Positions 36,711 through 49,640 of a stretch of DNA of 64,000 nucleotides are shown piece after piece. The position numbers and the translations under genes are program-made. The notes beneath the pieces are model-generated. The model was given only the letters and a program-made list of their open reading frames with translations. It was not told the origin of the DNA and made no database searches. Every line of letters starts with the position of its first letter. Position 1 is the stretch's first letter. The stretch comes from Alloascoidea hylecoeti (Eukaryota): NCBI GenBank assembly GCA_001600815.1, contig BCKZ01000005.1, positions 9,532-73,531 on the forward strand, written 5' to 3'.

Positions 36711-37955
36711 ATGCTGGTTAATAATCTAAAGTCGATACTTCAAAGGCAAACCCTACGTGTTAGGGCCCCAATTACAACATTTCCTAAGTCAGTTAGACTC
36801 TTCTCAACAACATTTCCTAAAAACAATGTAACCGGTTTTTATAACTCACCAATATCATTTTTTGGTGTTGGGTCGATTGAAAAATCTTTAAATCATATTA
36901 AAAGGCAAGGTTTCAAACATCCATTGATAGTAACGGATCAAGGTATTGTTAAAGTAGGCCTAGCAGATAAGGTAACATCATATCTTTCAAGTATTAATCT
37001 TACACATTCAATTTATCCAGATGTTGAACCAAATCCAGCAATAGAACATGTTAATGCAGGTCTGTCAATTCTTAAATCTGATGATTGTGATTGTGTCATA
37101 TCAATTGGTGGCGGTTCGGCTCATGATTGTGCAAAAGGATTAGCTCTTGTTGCATCAAATGGTGGTAAAATTGAGGATTATGAAGGCTTAGATAAATCAT
37201 CCAAACCACAAGTTCCGTTGATTGCAATTAATACAACAGCAGGAACAGCATCAGAGATTACAAGATTTACAATCATAACAAATCAAATTCGCCGTACTAA
37301 AATGGCAATTGTTGATTCGAATATAACACCAATGATTGCAGTTAATGATCCAATGGCTATGTTAGGTATGCCCCCAAGTCTAACCGCTGCAACTGGCATG
37401 GATGCTCTAACTCATGCGATTGAAGCTTATGTTTCAACTGCTTCTACTCCGATTACTGATACTTGTGCTTTAAAAGCAATTGATTTAATTAGAGATAATT
37501 TGTACAGAGCAGTCCACGATGGTAAAAATGACATCGAAGCCCGTAATGGAATGTGTTATGCTGAATACCTTGCCGGTATGGCCTTCAATAATGCTTCATT
37601 AGGTTATGTGCATGCAATGGCCCATCAATTAGGCGGATTTTATCATCTTGCTCATGGGGTCTGCAATGCTATTTTATTACCCCATGTTCAAAGATTTAAT
37701 TCACAAGTCTCAAGTGGAAGATTGGGAGAAGTCGGGGTTCACTTAGGAGGAGATGGAACAATTGAATCAACCATAAACAAAATTGTAGAATTAAATAAAT
37801 CAGTAGGTATCACAAAGGGATTAAAGGAATTGGGTGTTAAGGAGGAGGATTTCGATATTTTAGTAACTAATGCGATGAAAGATGTTTGTGGTCTAACTAA
37901 CCCTATCCAACCAACTCATAAAGAAATAAAAGAAATTTTTGCTGCTGCTATGTAG
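36711..37955 (+). CDS. ADH4: Type III (iron/metal-containing) alcohol dehydrogenase, Adh4-like, with putative mitochondrial presequence
   Basis: [49 protein letters not shown]. The Arg/Ser/Thr-rich N-terminus lacks acidic residues. Confidence 0.85.
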   Translation: MLVNNLKSILQRQTLRVRAPITTFPKSVRLFSTTFPKNNVTGFYNSPISFFGVGSIEKSLNHIKRQGFKHPLIVTDQGIVKVGLADKVTSYLSSINLTHSIYPDVEPNPAIEHVNAGLSILKSDDCDCVISIGGGSAHDCAKGLALVASNGGKIEDYEGLDKSSKPQVPLIAINTTAGTASEITRFTIITNQIRRTKMAIVDSNITPMIAVNDPMAMLGMPPSLTAATGMDALTHAIEAYVSTASTPITDTCALKAIDLIRDNLYRAVHDGKNDIEARNGMCYAEYLAGMAFNNASLGYVHAMAHQLGGFYHLAHGVCNAILLPHVQRFNSQVSSGRLGEVGVHLGGDGTIESTINKIVELNKSVGITKGLKELGVKEEDFDILVTNAMKDVCGLTNPIQPTHKEIKEIFAAAM

Positions 37956-38390
37956 ATGCTATAAGATAATATATGTATTTAATTATAAAAGGATGCTCTA
38001 GACTTATGACCATTAGTTAGATTATAGATGAAAAAAATCATTTTGTTCTGCTACCCGTAAAATATAATTGTCAAAAGAGTAGAAGAGTAACCGGCACCTT
38101 TATCTCCTTTTTGGTACGAAAATGGAGATTCTACGATATCAACCTCTATTTTTGTAACCCCCAAGGCCAAATAAAACCTTTTTTTCTTCCCTCTTCCATT
38201 TTTGTGTGTTTAATTTATTGTGTTTAATTTATTGTGTGTAATTTGTTGTGTGTTTGTGTTGGCTGCTAATTTCATAGTCTGGTCTTTTTTGGAGGTACGC
38301 GTTGGTTAGCGCCCATTTTAAAGAGTGCTTAAGCTTTAATAATTGGTTTCATAGTTAGGTAACCGTCATTTTGATATTAGGTAAATGGAT

Positions 38391-41025
38391 TTATATAATA
38401 GGGTCTAGTTCATTTTGGTGATCTTGTTGCATTTTTCTTTGGGCAAATGAAGTTCCTGTTTGGACCAAATCCATATCTATACGACCAGTAATAGGATCTG
38501 TTGCATAATCTTTAATAGCAGACCTTATCAATCTGACTGCTTCCTTCACATCATCAACCGTGACAGTTTCAGATAATCTCATTTTTGCATGCGCTTCTGA
38601 TAAACGAATCATGCTTTCTAATTGACGTGTTGTAGCAGTAATGCGACGCTCTGAAGCACGGACATCTTCACCCATCTTTCTCATTTCAACATAAGCCTTT
38701 ACTAGTTCGTCCTTAGCCGACTGTGAAATGACAGGTTGACATTTCTGTTTAGCATATGAAATATACATTGTAAGAAATTCCACAGGAAGAATTTCATTTG
38801 TAGAGCCATTATCTTGGTAATCTTGAATATATAAACCAGTTATGTGACGGGCAAGAGCACGATCTGTAGTCTCGTCAATTTTATCCAAAACTAAATATAC
38901 TAAGTCAAAACGAGATAATAAAGTTGGAGGAAGATCAATATTTTGAGTGACAGGCAAATCTGGATTGTATTTAGAGCCAATCGGATTTGCAGAAGCTAGA
39001 ATGGAAGTTCTAGCATTCAGAGTTGTGATAATACCTGCTTTTGCAATTGAAACCGTTTGCTGTTCCATTACTTCATGTAAAACAGAACGAGTGGCCTCCG
39101 ACATTTTATCAAACTCATCAATACAACAGATACCTCCATCTGATAAAACTAGTGCACCACTTTCTAATACTAGTTGCCTTGTATCCGGATCCCTGGAAAC
39201 ATAAGCAGTTAAACCAACAGCCGAAGAACCTTTACCAGAGGTGTAAATACCACGAGGAGCAATTTTATGGACATATTGTAAAATTTGAGATTTTGATGTA
39301 GACGGATCACCACATAAAAGAATATTAATATCACCTCTGTATCTTGGAGCCCCTCCTTTTTGGAATACTTTATTAGTACCTCCAAACAGTTGAAGTAGGA
39401 TACCTTTCTTGACATCATCCATTTCATAAACACTTGGTGCTAAGGATCTTGCTAGAATTTCATAAAGATCTTCGCGCTCTGAAGTTGCTCTAATTTTGGC
39501 AACATCTTCTTCTGTAACCCTTCTCACTTCTTCAACATCGGTCTGTTGTTGTTGTGCAATTTCGTCATCCAAGTCAACAGTCGATATATCGATCCCCATA
39601 CGTTTAGTATCAATTTTTCCAATGTGAAGCACATCCACATAGGTTTTAAATAAATTTCTGACTGCTCTTTGTGTTCTATTGATTCTGACTGGTACAGATC
39701 TAAAAATACCAGTCACTTCAATTCGATCACCAGCTCGGCATGTATCTACTAGTTCATCATATACACAGAGGGAAACAGAATGAGGTGTTTGTCCGTCAGG
39801 AACCAAATCGGGTGTTTCTTGGAGTTTTATTACTTGTTTATCAGCAAAACTGCAACGGTTATAGATCATTTGCATAGTATTATATTGACCACAGGCAGGC
39901 CTTGGGCATCGAGTAGGCTCTGCTATAACACCTCTATCAACCTCAACATGAATAGTATGATTGCAAATTCCACATTTAAAAAACCCAACCTTGAGATCAG
40001 GGATAATAGGGGTTGATCTCAATACTAAACCTTTAACTGAAACTAATTTATCGATATCATTAGGGTTAAGCTCTCTCATACCACGATGAGAATCAACATT
40101 AAAAGGTCGAACTTTATAAATATTTGTTTCGATTTGATCTAACTCCTCCTCAAGGTTGTTATCCACAACTAAAGACACCATGCAATTTTTCACAGATTGA
40201 TCCATGATGGGAATAACTTCTTGTGGATAGTTTTGTAATTGATAGTAGAGCTTCTTTGTAGAAGGATATGCTAATAAATTTTGGGCATCCAGATTGAGGT
40301 TGGTAGTACCAAGTTCCCTCATTTGATTTAGCATTTCAACATAAATTAGATTTTCACCTTCACCAGCTAGAACCATTTGTTTATCAAATTTCATTCTATA
40401 TTTCTCTTTGAAATTTAACAGAAATTCTCGAAATTGATTGGAGCATTCCTGAATACTGACATTAGTTCCCCAAATAACACGAACTGGCTCGTTCGCATTG
40501 ACTTCTGATGATGGTTCCCCAACAGTTAAAGAAGCTGTGGCTGGTTCACTTGATGGTGCACCAGAGTGACTTTCTTCAAATAACCGATGTCTGCCTGGCG
40601 TAGATGATAAGTCTGCTGAATTGATATCACCACGTTGAAATCTGTGGCGTGCTGAATCAGAAACAGTATTCCCTTGTTCGGAAGATAACGTGGACCTTAA
40701 CTGACTAGCAGTTGATCTCAACCGATCGGAAGATGGAACAAATGGTACCGGTGATGATGAATATACCAATGGGGAAGACATTTCTAAAATTGTGTTAGTT
40801 TATATTCACACGAACAATTTGCATTATCTAATACTCACCAGCTAAACGAAATACCCCAGAGGGTCTGGGAGCTGCACCTTCAGATGGAGGAATTGGTGCT
40901 GGAGATGAAGATGGAGGAAAGAATAATGGTGATGAAGCAACTGGAGATCTATGCTGAGTTGACGTTTGAAGAGAGTCACTCTCAGTATTTTGAGTATTTT
41001 GAGTATTTCTCGATGGTGATGACAT
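38391..41025 (-). CDS. MCM4: Replicative helicase subunit Mcm4 (Cdc54), 2 exons; C-terminal winged helix apparently missing
   Basis: S/P-rich N-terminus, RVIWGTNVSI, zinc finger, GDPSTSKSQ, IDEFDKM, SRFD, ATTRQLESMIRLSEA. Intron 40784-40838. Confidence 0.93.
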
Positions 41026-41108
41026 TATAAATTGTCACTTTAAGTGTTAAGTTAAATGGAAAAGAAGAAAATAGGGTGAAAAATAATGAAAAACACGAAA
41101 GTTGGGTG

Positions 41109-41142
41109 TAATCTGTTACGCGACACGACGCGTAACAGATTA
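41109..41142. promoter_or_regulatory. MCB pair (ACGCGA/ACGCGT) inside a perfect 14-bp inverted repeat upstream of MCM4
   Basis: TAATCTGTTACGCG-ACACGA-CGCGTAACAGATTA. Confidence 0.7.
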
Positions 41143-41382
41143 ACTTACACCAAAAAAAAAAAAAAAAAAAAAAACCCAATGAAAATACAGTATAACTTAT
41201 ATGATAATGCCAATAGATGTGGCGGATCAGTTATGATCGATTCCATTAGCTACCCCCTATACATGTAGTTGTTTGACTATTTATGGCCAGTCGATATGAC
41301 TCTAATATTACAACACAACAACACATTTTAATCACACAAAGACACAAATAACTTTACGAAAAATTATATATTATGGATTATA

Positions 41383-42576
41383 ATGTTATTATTGCCACCA
41401 GATATCACAGCGCAAGTTCAAACGGCTTCTAAAAGTTTGCAAGATGAAGTAAAATCTTTAGAATTTAAATATGAGGATGAGATTGAGTCATTTAGAAATA
41501 AAATGAGAACTTCTTATGAGAACGAGGTGATACTATTATTACAAAAGCAAGGGTATAACTTTACAACAGATAATCAAAAACAAAAACAAAAACAGGAAGA
41601 GAATTCGAAAAGATTAAGTGATACTACAGATTGTGGTAATGGTAATGGTAATGGTGATCGTGATGATCGTGATAGCAATGATAACTTAAATAATAGTACC
41701 ACATCATTAGATTTCTCTAAAAAACTAGTTGGAAGCAAAGAATTGCCATCAACCTTGGTTTCAACATCAAAATCAACAGATAAGACTATAGATTATAATT
41801 TCTCCTCGGAAGTAGATCTTCATTCAGAAACAAAAAAGCAAGATCAAGAAAAACCAACGATAGATTCAACAAATACACCGAAGAAGAAAGTTTATACAGT
41901 TCCTGTTCCGATTATGCCTAATTTATCCAGCACAATTTTCGATTCTTTATTAGATTCAAAAGAGGTGGAAACTGATACGTCTAAATCTTTTCATGTATCT
42001 ATTTCTGATGATGATCTATTTATGCTTGACGAATCTCTAATAATTTCTGAAGATATAAACTCTACCAATTTAACGAAGAATGATCTTGACAACAACAAAA
42101 ATATTCAAGATATAAGTAATGATAATAATAATAATAATTTTAATGAAACGCCAGCATACTCACCGGCAAATAGTACGAGTATAGATACACTTTCAACCGC
42201 AACGATAGAAGCAACACATCGTGATAATTTAGCATTATCAAACTTTGCTGTTTCACTTCCAATTAATATTCAAAAGAGATCAGGATTATCAAGTAGATTG
42301 TTTCGTGAAAAGCTACAAGATAATGGTGAATCAAACAACATCGGATCCGAAGATAAAGACATTGACTTGACGGAAGATAATAGTTTAACAATTAAGAGAT
42401 TAAAAGATCCAAATATTATTAGCCATACTTTAAATCTTCCAGGTATTTTAGAAGACAATTCCTTTGATTTTCTTAATACTACAAGTAAAAGTGTTATTGG
42501 TGGTAACGCTGCTGATATAACAAGTATGAGTTTTTCTGAAAGAATGAGATTTGAAGTTTCAACAAAACAATATTAA
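41383..42576 (+). CDS. Hypothetical low-complexity D/N/S-rich protein (397 aa)
   Basis: Long uninterrupted ORF with an N-terminal coiled coil and short motifs DLFMLDE, AVSLPINI and SMSFSERM. No family recognised. Confidence 0.7.
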   Translation: MLLLPPDITAQVQTASKSLQDEVKSLEFKYEDEIESFRNKMRTSYENEVILLLQKQGYNFTTDNQKQKQKQEENSKRLSDTTDCGNGNGNGDRDDRDSNDNLNNSTTSLDFSKKLVGSKELPSTLVSTSKSTDKTIDYNFSSEVDLHSETKKQDQEKPTIDSTNTPKKKVYTVPVPIMPNLSSTIFDSLLDSKEVETDTSKSFHVSISDDDLFMLDESLIISEDINSTNLTKNDLDNNKNIQDISNDNNNNNFNETPAYSPANSTSIDTLSTATIEATHRDNLALSNFAVSLPINIQKRSGLSSRLFREKLQDNGESNNIGSEDKDIDLTEDNSLTIKRLKDPNIISHTLNLPGILEDNSFDFLNTTSKSVIGGNAADITSMSFSERMRFEVSTKQY

Positions 42577-43279
42577 TTTATTAAAAATAACTTTTCTTTT
42601 TAAATTTTGAGAAATCATAACACAATGTAATTACAAGTTTAAGGACAATTACAATACTTTTAAAAAATAATATTAATAGAAACACTTATGGTATATAAAT
42701 GTTCAAACTATTATTCAAAGGGATTATATTGCAATTATATTATATGGTAGGCTCAATATGTTTGGTTCTGAGTTCATAATTTAATCATCTTGTATTTTTT
42801 TATTTTTATATATATTTTATTTATAATGTTTAATATTGATTACAATTTCAATGATTATACATTTTGTGTAAAAGAAAAATGTTCATACTGGCAAAGAATA
42901 CTTAATCGTTTATGAGACCTTCACTTGTGTAACAACTAATTCAGATACCGATAGTTTCATCGTTACACCATTTATACATGTTAGCATAATCAATATTAAT
43001 GCTAACAGATCTATATTCTTTTGAATTTATTTTTCAATTCATTGTTATATTAATGCGTCTGACTTAAAGATATATATAAATTAAAATTTAATAAATAAAT
43101 ACAGAATAGTAAAAGTAAAAATACAAAATATTTATAAAAGCACAAAAACACAGTTTTATATAAGTTGTAGGATATAGTTAGCGTTAATAAGTTGTAACCA
43201 ATTTGTCTTCGTTTAAATATCATCTATATCAACCTTTTTTGGCATGATATATAATGATGATTAATATTTGTGACTTATT

Positions 43280-44227
43280 TCAATTTAAAACCAGATGTTT
43301 ACGTCTGGTTTGAGCCGGTTTTAGTATATGAAAACTACAAAGTAGATTTTCATCAACACTCATTATTGCAGCAGCATTATCAAACATACCACAATAATTA
43401 GGAGCACTAAAAATTGTAACCAGTTTTCTTTCAGCAAAGAATTCATAACCATCTTCAACTACCTGATGAGCTCTAACAATTAAATCGATATCAAAGTTTT
43501 CACAAAATTTAGCTACAACATCAGGACCAAACGTGAATGAAACACCTCTATCATTTTCCGCCCAACCAGTTATTGATCTTTCAGGATCAGACCAAAGTAA
43601 ATCAGATAAAAGACCAAAATCAGGAACATCAGTTGGTCTCATTATTCTTCTAATTTGTTCCATTGAGGTTAAATCCGGAGATAACCCACCATGCATCGCG
43701 AATACTTTTTCGTCAATTATTGAAGCAACGGGCATACAATTAAAAACATCAATCATCATTTTCCATAATTTTATATTATATCTTCTTTTACATTCATCAT
43801 AAAAACCATATATTCTATTTGTACCAGCACTTTCATGATTACCTCTTAAAACAAAGAAATTCTCCGGATATTTTATTTTATAGGCAAACATTAAACAAAT
43901 AGTTTCAATTGATTGTTGACCTCGATCAACATAATCACCTAAAAATAAATAATTTGATTCAGGAGGGAACCCACCAAATTCAAATAGTCTTAATAAATCA
44001 TAATATTGACCATGTATATCCCCACAAATTTTAATAGGAGCATCTAATTCTAAAAGTATTGGTTGTTGAATGAAGATTTGCCTCGATTTTGAACATAAAT
44101 AATGGATTTCAGTTTCCAGTAAATTGACTTGTTTTCCAGGTCTTGTTTTTCTGACTTTCAATAACTTTTCAATTATAAGATCCAAATCAACATTAACCTC
44201 GGTTTCTAGAGTCGTAATAGAAGTCAT
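43280..44227 (-). CDS. Protein phosphatase 1 catalytic subunit (Glc7-like, divergent, intronless)
   Basis: [51 protein letters not shown]. Confidence 0.9.
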   Translation of the reverse strand: MTSITTLETEVNVDLDLIIEKLLKVRKTRPGKQVNLLETEIHYLCSKSRQIFIQQPILLELDAPIKICGDIHGQYYDLLRLFEFGGFPPESNYLFLGDYVDRGQQSIETICLMFAYKIKYPENFFVLRGNHESAGTNRIYGFYDECKRRYNIKLWKMMIDVFNCMPVASIIDEKVFAMHGGLSPDLTSMEQIRRIMRPTDVPDFGLLSDLLWSDPERSITGWAENDRGVSFTFGPDVVAKFCENFDIDLIVRAHQVVEDGYEFFAERKLVTIFSAPNYCGMFDNAAAIMSVDENLLCSFHILKPAQTRRKHLVLN

Positions 44228-44365
44228 GAATATTTTGTAGATCAGTATTATTTATCTTCGATAGATATCATACCTCTTTATAGCCTCACGCGTTACCCGG
44301 TCTATTGGTTTCAGCTCATTTTCACTTTTACCACTCCATCCCATCTCTTGAAAGTTTCAGAAACA

Positions 44366-45944
44366 ATGCAGTGTGCGAGTAAGTTATCTCCAAGAAATAT
44401 TTGCAAATATTCAGAGTATTAACCATTTATCTTTAATTCTAGTATCGGGTGTTCCTCCTCAAGAACCAGTGGTTTCTCCAAAATCAGGTTCTGTTTTTGA
44501 AAAAAAGTTAATTATTCAATATATTGAAAAACATGGAACAGATCCAATTTCAAATGAACCTCTTGATATTGAGGACTTGGTTGAAATAAAAATATCACCT
44601 ATAGTACCTGCCAAACCACCTACTTTGACTTCTATTCCATCTATGCTATCTGCTTTTCAAAATGAGTGGGATGCAATGGCATTGGAAAGTTTTAGTTTAA
44701 GACAACAATTAACAGAATCGAAAAAAGAGTTAAGTACTGCTTTATATCATTATGAAGCTGCCGTGAGAGTAATTGCAAGATTAACCAATGAACGAGACCA
44801 AGCAAGAGATGCGTTGACAAAGTTATCTGCTAGTTTTGCAAAAGGTGAGGATAATACTGAACAAAAAGATGAGATCGAGATCTCAACTTCAACCTCTTTA
44901 CCGGATGATATCAAAGCAAAACTGGAAGAGAAACATTCAGAACTTGTGTCGATACGTAAAGCTACTTCCAAAGTTGTGCCAAAAGATTATTTTAATATAT
45001 CATCTTTATCGAATTATAATATATTCAAAACTTCTTCAAAATTATTAAATGATGATTCAAACATTACAAGTTATTTAATTGCTGATGAGCATAAGTATAT
45101 CACTGTTGGTTATGAATCTGGATATATTATAAATTATAGTCTTATTGATGATTCAATTATTGATACAAAACAATTAGATGATGATGATAATTCTTCAGTT
45201 ATTTCGATTTTAAAAGGTGGTATAATAATTTTAAAAAATGGTAAAATCTTTTCTATCAATGATAATAATTATAAATCAATTTATAATTTAAAAAAAAATA
45301 TTGATAATGATGAAATAATTTCAATTATTCAACATCCAGCATCAAATGATTTAATTATTATTATAACAGAAAACAAATGGGTTTTTTTCAATTTATCAAA
45401 TAAAAAAGCATTGATTGAAATAAAATTAGACAATAAACCTTTGATAGGTAAACTACATCCTGATGGACGATTATTAGCAATCGCATTCAAGGATAAAATT
45501 GATATTTATGATATTGAAGGAAGACTAGCGGCCACTTTTAAAGAAGAAATAGATAGTAACAACAGTATTGTAGAAAATTATGATTTAAATTTTGCAGAAA
45601 ACGGAGTTTGGTTAATTTCATCAAAAGGAAATAAAATCACAATTTGGTCATTAAAAAAAACAGACGAAGTCTTAAAAACAATTATTTTAAATGAAAATAA
45701 AAAGGATTCAGAAATTATTAAAATTAAAAATTTTTCAATTGATTTGAAATCAAAATATCTTTCAATTTCAACAAATCTTGGTATTAAACTTTATTCTTAT
45801 AATAAGAGGTCAAAAGAATGGAGAGAAATCAATAATATTTCTATTGAGTCGCTGGATGAGGAAATAATTGGTACCGTTTGGGGCAATTTAGCTCAATATA
45901 TAATTGTTGTTGGTTCTTCAGCTATTTCTGTCATTAGAGAATAA
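44366..45944 (+). CDS. PRP19: Splicing factor / U-box E3 Prp19, 2 exons
   Basis: Spliced N-terminus MQCAISG..VVSPKSGSVFEK..DPIS (intron 44379-44442), SIPSMLSAFQNEWDA..ELSTALY..AAVRVIARL, WD40 with HPDG and FAENGVW. Confidence 0.92.
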
Positions 45945-46100
45945 TTTGATTATGTATTATATAAGGAACTCAATATATTATGATTTTTCTTTTATTTCCT
46001 TTTTTTCCCTTTTTTCTTTTTTCCATTTTCTCTTCTCCATTTTCTCTTCATTATTCTTGCCAAAAATTTGTATTGCTAATAAATCTCTTTCTCAGTGTTA

Positions 46101-47951
46101 ATGACACTGCCAGTTCCGCAACCTTCTGAAGACAACAACATCAATAAACCATCTCATACTTCATCATCAACTTTTCAAAATAAAAATGTTACTTTAAAAT
46201 TAAGATTAAATCCAATAGCAAATATTAATACACGTTCAACACAAACAGATATAGATTATGATTTTGGTCATGAACCCGAAGGAAAAAATATTATACTTTG
46301 TTTTGATGGAACTCAAAAAAATTTTGATTCATTACCATATTCATATTCAAATGTTTTAAGATTAGTCAATATATTAGAAGCTGATACTTCTAAACAAATT
46401 TGTTATTATCAACGTATGTTAATAATTAGTAGTATAAATTATAAGAAAATACATTGGTATTAAAAATTAACTCTTTACTTATATTATTAAAGCTGGAATT
46501 AATTCACCGATTCTTGAATATGATAAACCATCACCTTTGTATTTTGTGTCAAAATTTGTTAGAGATATGAAATCATGGTTCTCTACTCACATTACGCCTA
46601 GAATAGAAGAAAATGTTCTATTGGCATATAAATATCTTATGAGAACATACAAAACTGGTTATAAACTTTACTTCTTTGGTTTTAGGTATATTAATATTAA
46701 TTCTAATTCAATGATATTTTGAAATATCTAACCAAGTTTAGTCAAGGTGCGTTGGTAGCAAGAATTTTAGCAGCAATGATTGAAAAAGTAGGATTATTAA
46801 ATCCAGGAATGGAAGAGCTTATTCCTTCTGCTTGGAGTGTTTATACATCTTGGGAACTTGCTGGCCAGCCGGGTCCAATGTCCAGTAGAGGTAGATTAGC
46901 TAAACAGGTAAGTTTATCAATTCATTACAATCTGTTATAGATAAAAATTATAACTTCTACTACCTTACAGTTTAAATTATTTTTCTCCCATGGTGATGTC
47001 GATCTTCGTTTCATGGGATTATGGGATGCATTGAATTCAAGCCGCTCATTTAGAGATCGTGTGTTCCCGTTAACCGTTAAAAATGATCAAGTTGAACATA
47101 TTCGACATGCTTTAAGTATTGATGAAAGAAGAGCAAGTTTGAAACCAAGTTCTTTTCATCCTTATTATTGTAGATCAAGTGAAAAACATCAAAATAAATG
47201 GCTTCCTCATCATATGATATATAAATATGGAGATAAAAATATAAAGAAAAATATAACAACAGCAGAAAAAAATCCAAAACGCATGCATTCCGATGTAATT
47301 GAGATGTGGTTTCCAGGAGATCATTCAGACGTCGGTGGAGGCTGGGTTCCGGATTGTGATAGTGAATATTTATCATTTATACCTGCTCGTTGGATGATTG
47401 CTGAAGCGTATAAGTTTGGTTTAAGATATAGAATGGATGAAATTAAAAAGAATTTTGAAAGTTGGAGCTCCAACTTTTCATTACTTGCTGAAGATCATGA
47501 TTTATTATCTTTCAAATCAATAAAATTAAAGAATTGTCAAAACGATAAAAAGCCAAAGGATTCTATGAACAATATAAGAATTGCTAGGAATGATCAATGT
47601 GATGGACTTGGGTTAGTTTATAAAGAAGATTCATTTGGTGGTCATGGAAATAAATCAATGTTTCGAACTATTGGTTACTGGATGTTGGAGATACTCCCAA
47701 TTCCACATAGATCCGAAAATGAGAAAAGAAGATGGGTTAAAACTTATAAACCAAATTTTGGACATAGGAGAAATATCCCTAGCAATGCCAAATTCCATTG
47801 GAGTGTAAAATGGAGAATGAAATTAGTCAACAGTTATAATCCAAAGAATTTACCTTCTTCTTTTGATAATCGAATTGAAGAAGATGATACTATACCTGAT
47901 GATTTTAAAGATATTCTAGGAGGTTTACTATATAATTACAATCAAAGTTAG
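46101..47951 (+). CDS. DUF2235 (Tle1-like alpha/beta hydrolase, YEL023C-like) copy 1, 4 exons
   Basis: KNIILCFDGT, SNVLRL, QICYYQPGI, spliced FFGFSQGA, GLWD, RHALSIDERR, MWFPGDHSDVGGG. Introns 46414-46492, 46686-46741 and 46908-46970. Confidence 0.85.
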
Positions 47952-49640
47952 TATCATATGCGAGTAATGATTATTTGAACCAAAGTCACTTCCTCCTTAT
48001 TTTTCATTCAAATGTATTCTGACATTAATAAATACCCGTTTTGTTTGAAAATTCGCACCCGTCAACCTTTAACCGCTATGTAGATTCCTTTTCATTCTAT
48101 TGACCAGATATTTACCATAAAATGATTCTTTTGGATGCCAGTCCAAAAAGAAACCCAGCTTTTTAGATATCCCATAAAATAACCCCTATGTCTATATTTA
48201 CCTCTCTTTAGACATCAAAGATTAAATTTATATTACAAATAACCATATTCAATGTTATTATTACTCAGTAGATATTCATTTTGTTTTGTGAATAACTGAT
48301 TCTCACATATTTTAGTGATATTGTAAAGATTAGTTGGTTGTTACATAATTGATTTGAATTAAATTAGAATTTATAATTAGAAAATCTGAATATAGTTGAA
48401 GGACAGCAGTAACAGTGATGGATTTATCGCTATAGTACCAATAGTAATAGATTCACATATTAATATTCATATCTGTAGACAAATTTGTGCCCATAAACGA
48501 TGAAACAAAAGAAATCTAAATTCGTACAAAATTTTTACCCAGTTAAAATGGTTTAAAAATGAATGGGAGATGCAGATCTAGAAGTTGTCAAAATAGTTTC
48601 AACAAAAAAAAAAAAAAAAATTAGTGGAGTGTTATAATTTATATTATAGTTTACCTAGTGTAAAATTATGTTAAGTTCTCTTCCATTATGCTCAAAGAGT
48701 TTAAATAATTTCATAAATCGCAGCATTTTTTTCTTTAACCTATTAAAAGTGTTATATTGAAAATTAGTAGGACAAATTATCCTAATCCACTGTATTTATG
48801 GAAATAGAGAACATATTGTAACTGACCATAATTATAAACCATCAGAAACTTCACTTCACCATGATATAACCGTGATTAATGAATTTCCTCTTGAACCCTG
48901 CAAATAATACTTAGTGAATCGCAATGTTACTGGAATGGAAATAAGCAAAAAATCAGTATAATTTATTGAAAAGCTCATCATCTGGTTAATTTTGGTTGAA
49001 TCGGTTTGAGTAAATCGCAACCCTATTGAATGCGTAAAATAAAAATAAATCGGATACCAAAATATTTCCAAACGATAATTTTTCATCCAAGAAAAGAGAC
49101 TTTCAAAGAAGAACCATCTAGTGGCGTTTAAATTTGTATAACTTTCTCGTTTTAATATACCGTACATTTATTATTAATGATGATGAAAAAATGATAGTAT
49201 TAATTATATCTTATAGATGCCAGTTATCACCTGTAATTGCAAGCTTGAGCTCTAAATGCGGATAAATTTAAATTCATTATAATTTATACCTTAAAAAAAT
49301 TGGATTGATATATCTTTAAATTTGTTTAAAAAGAGCTTGTAATCAATATAATGGATTGTTACTAATTTTGGTGACTATCTGATCTCGTCTATTTATCTTT
49401 AGCGTTGTTAAATATTTATTAAGATTAAAGACACAAGAAGATGTATGGAGAAGATTCAGATTAAGAATTATGACTTTTTTATTTAGATGGAAACAAAGAA
49501 ATGTGTAAAAAACTTCTGATAATTAATATTATTGTTTATCTAAATATTTGTCAGAAATTGAAATATCTAAAACTAACTGGAAATATCACAATCTATAAAA
49601 TGTATATCTATAATAAAATTAAAACTTGCTCTTATAACAA

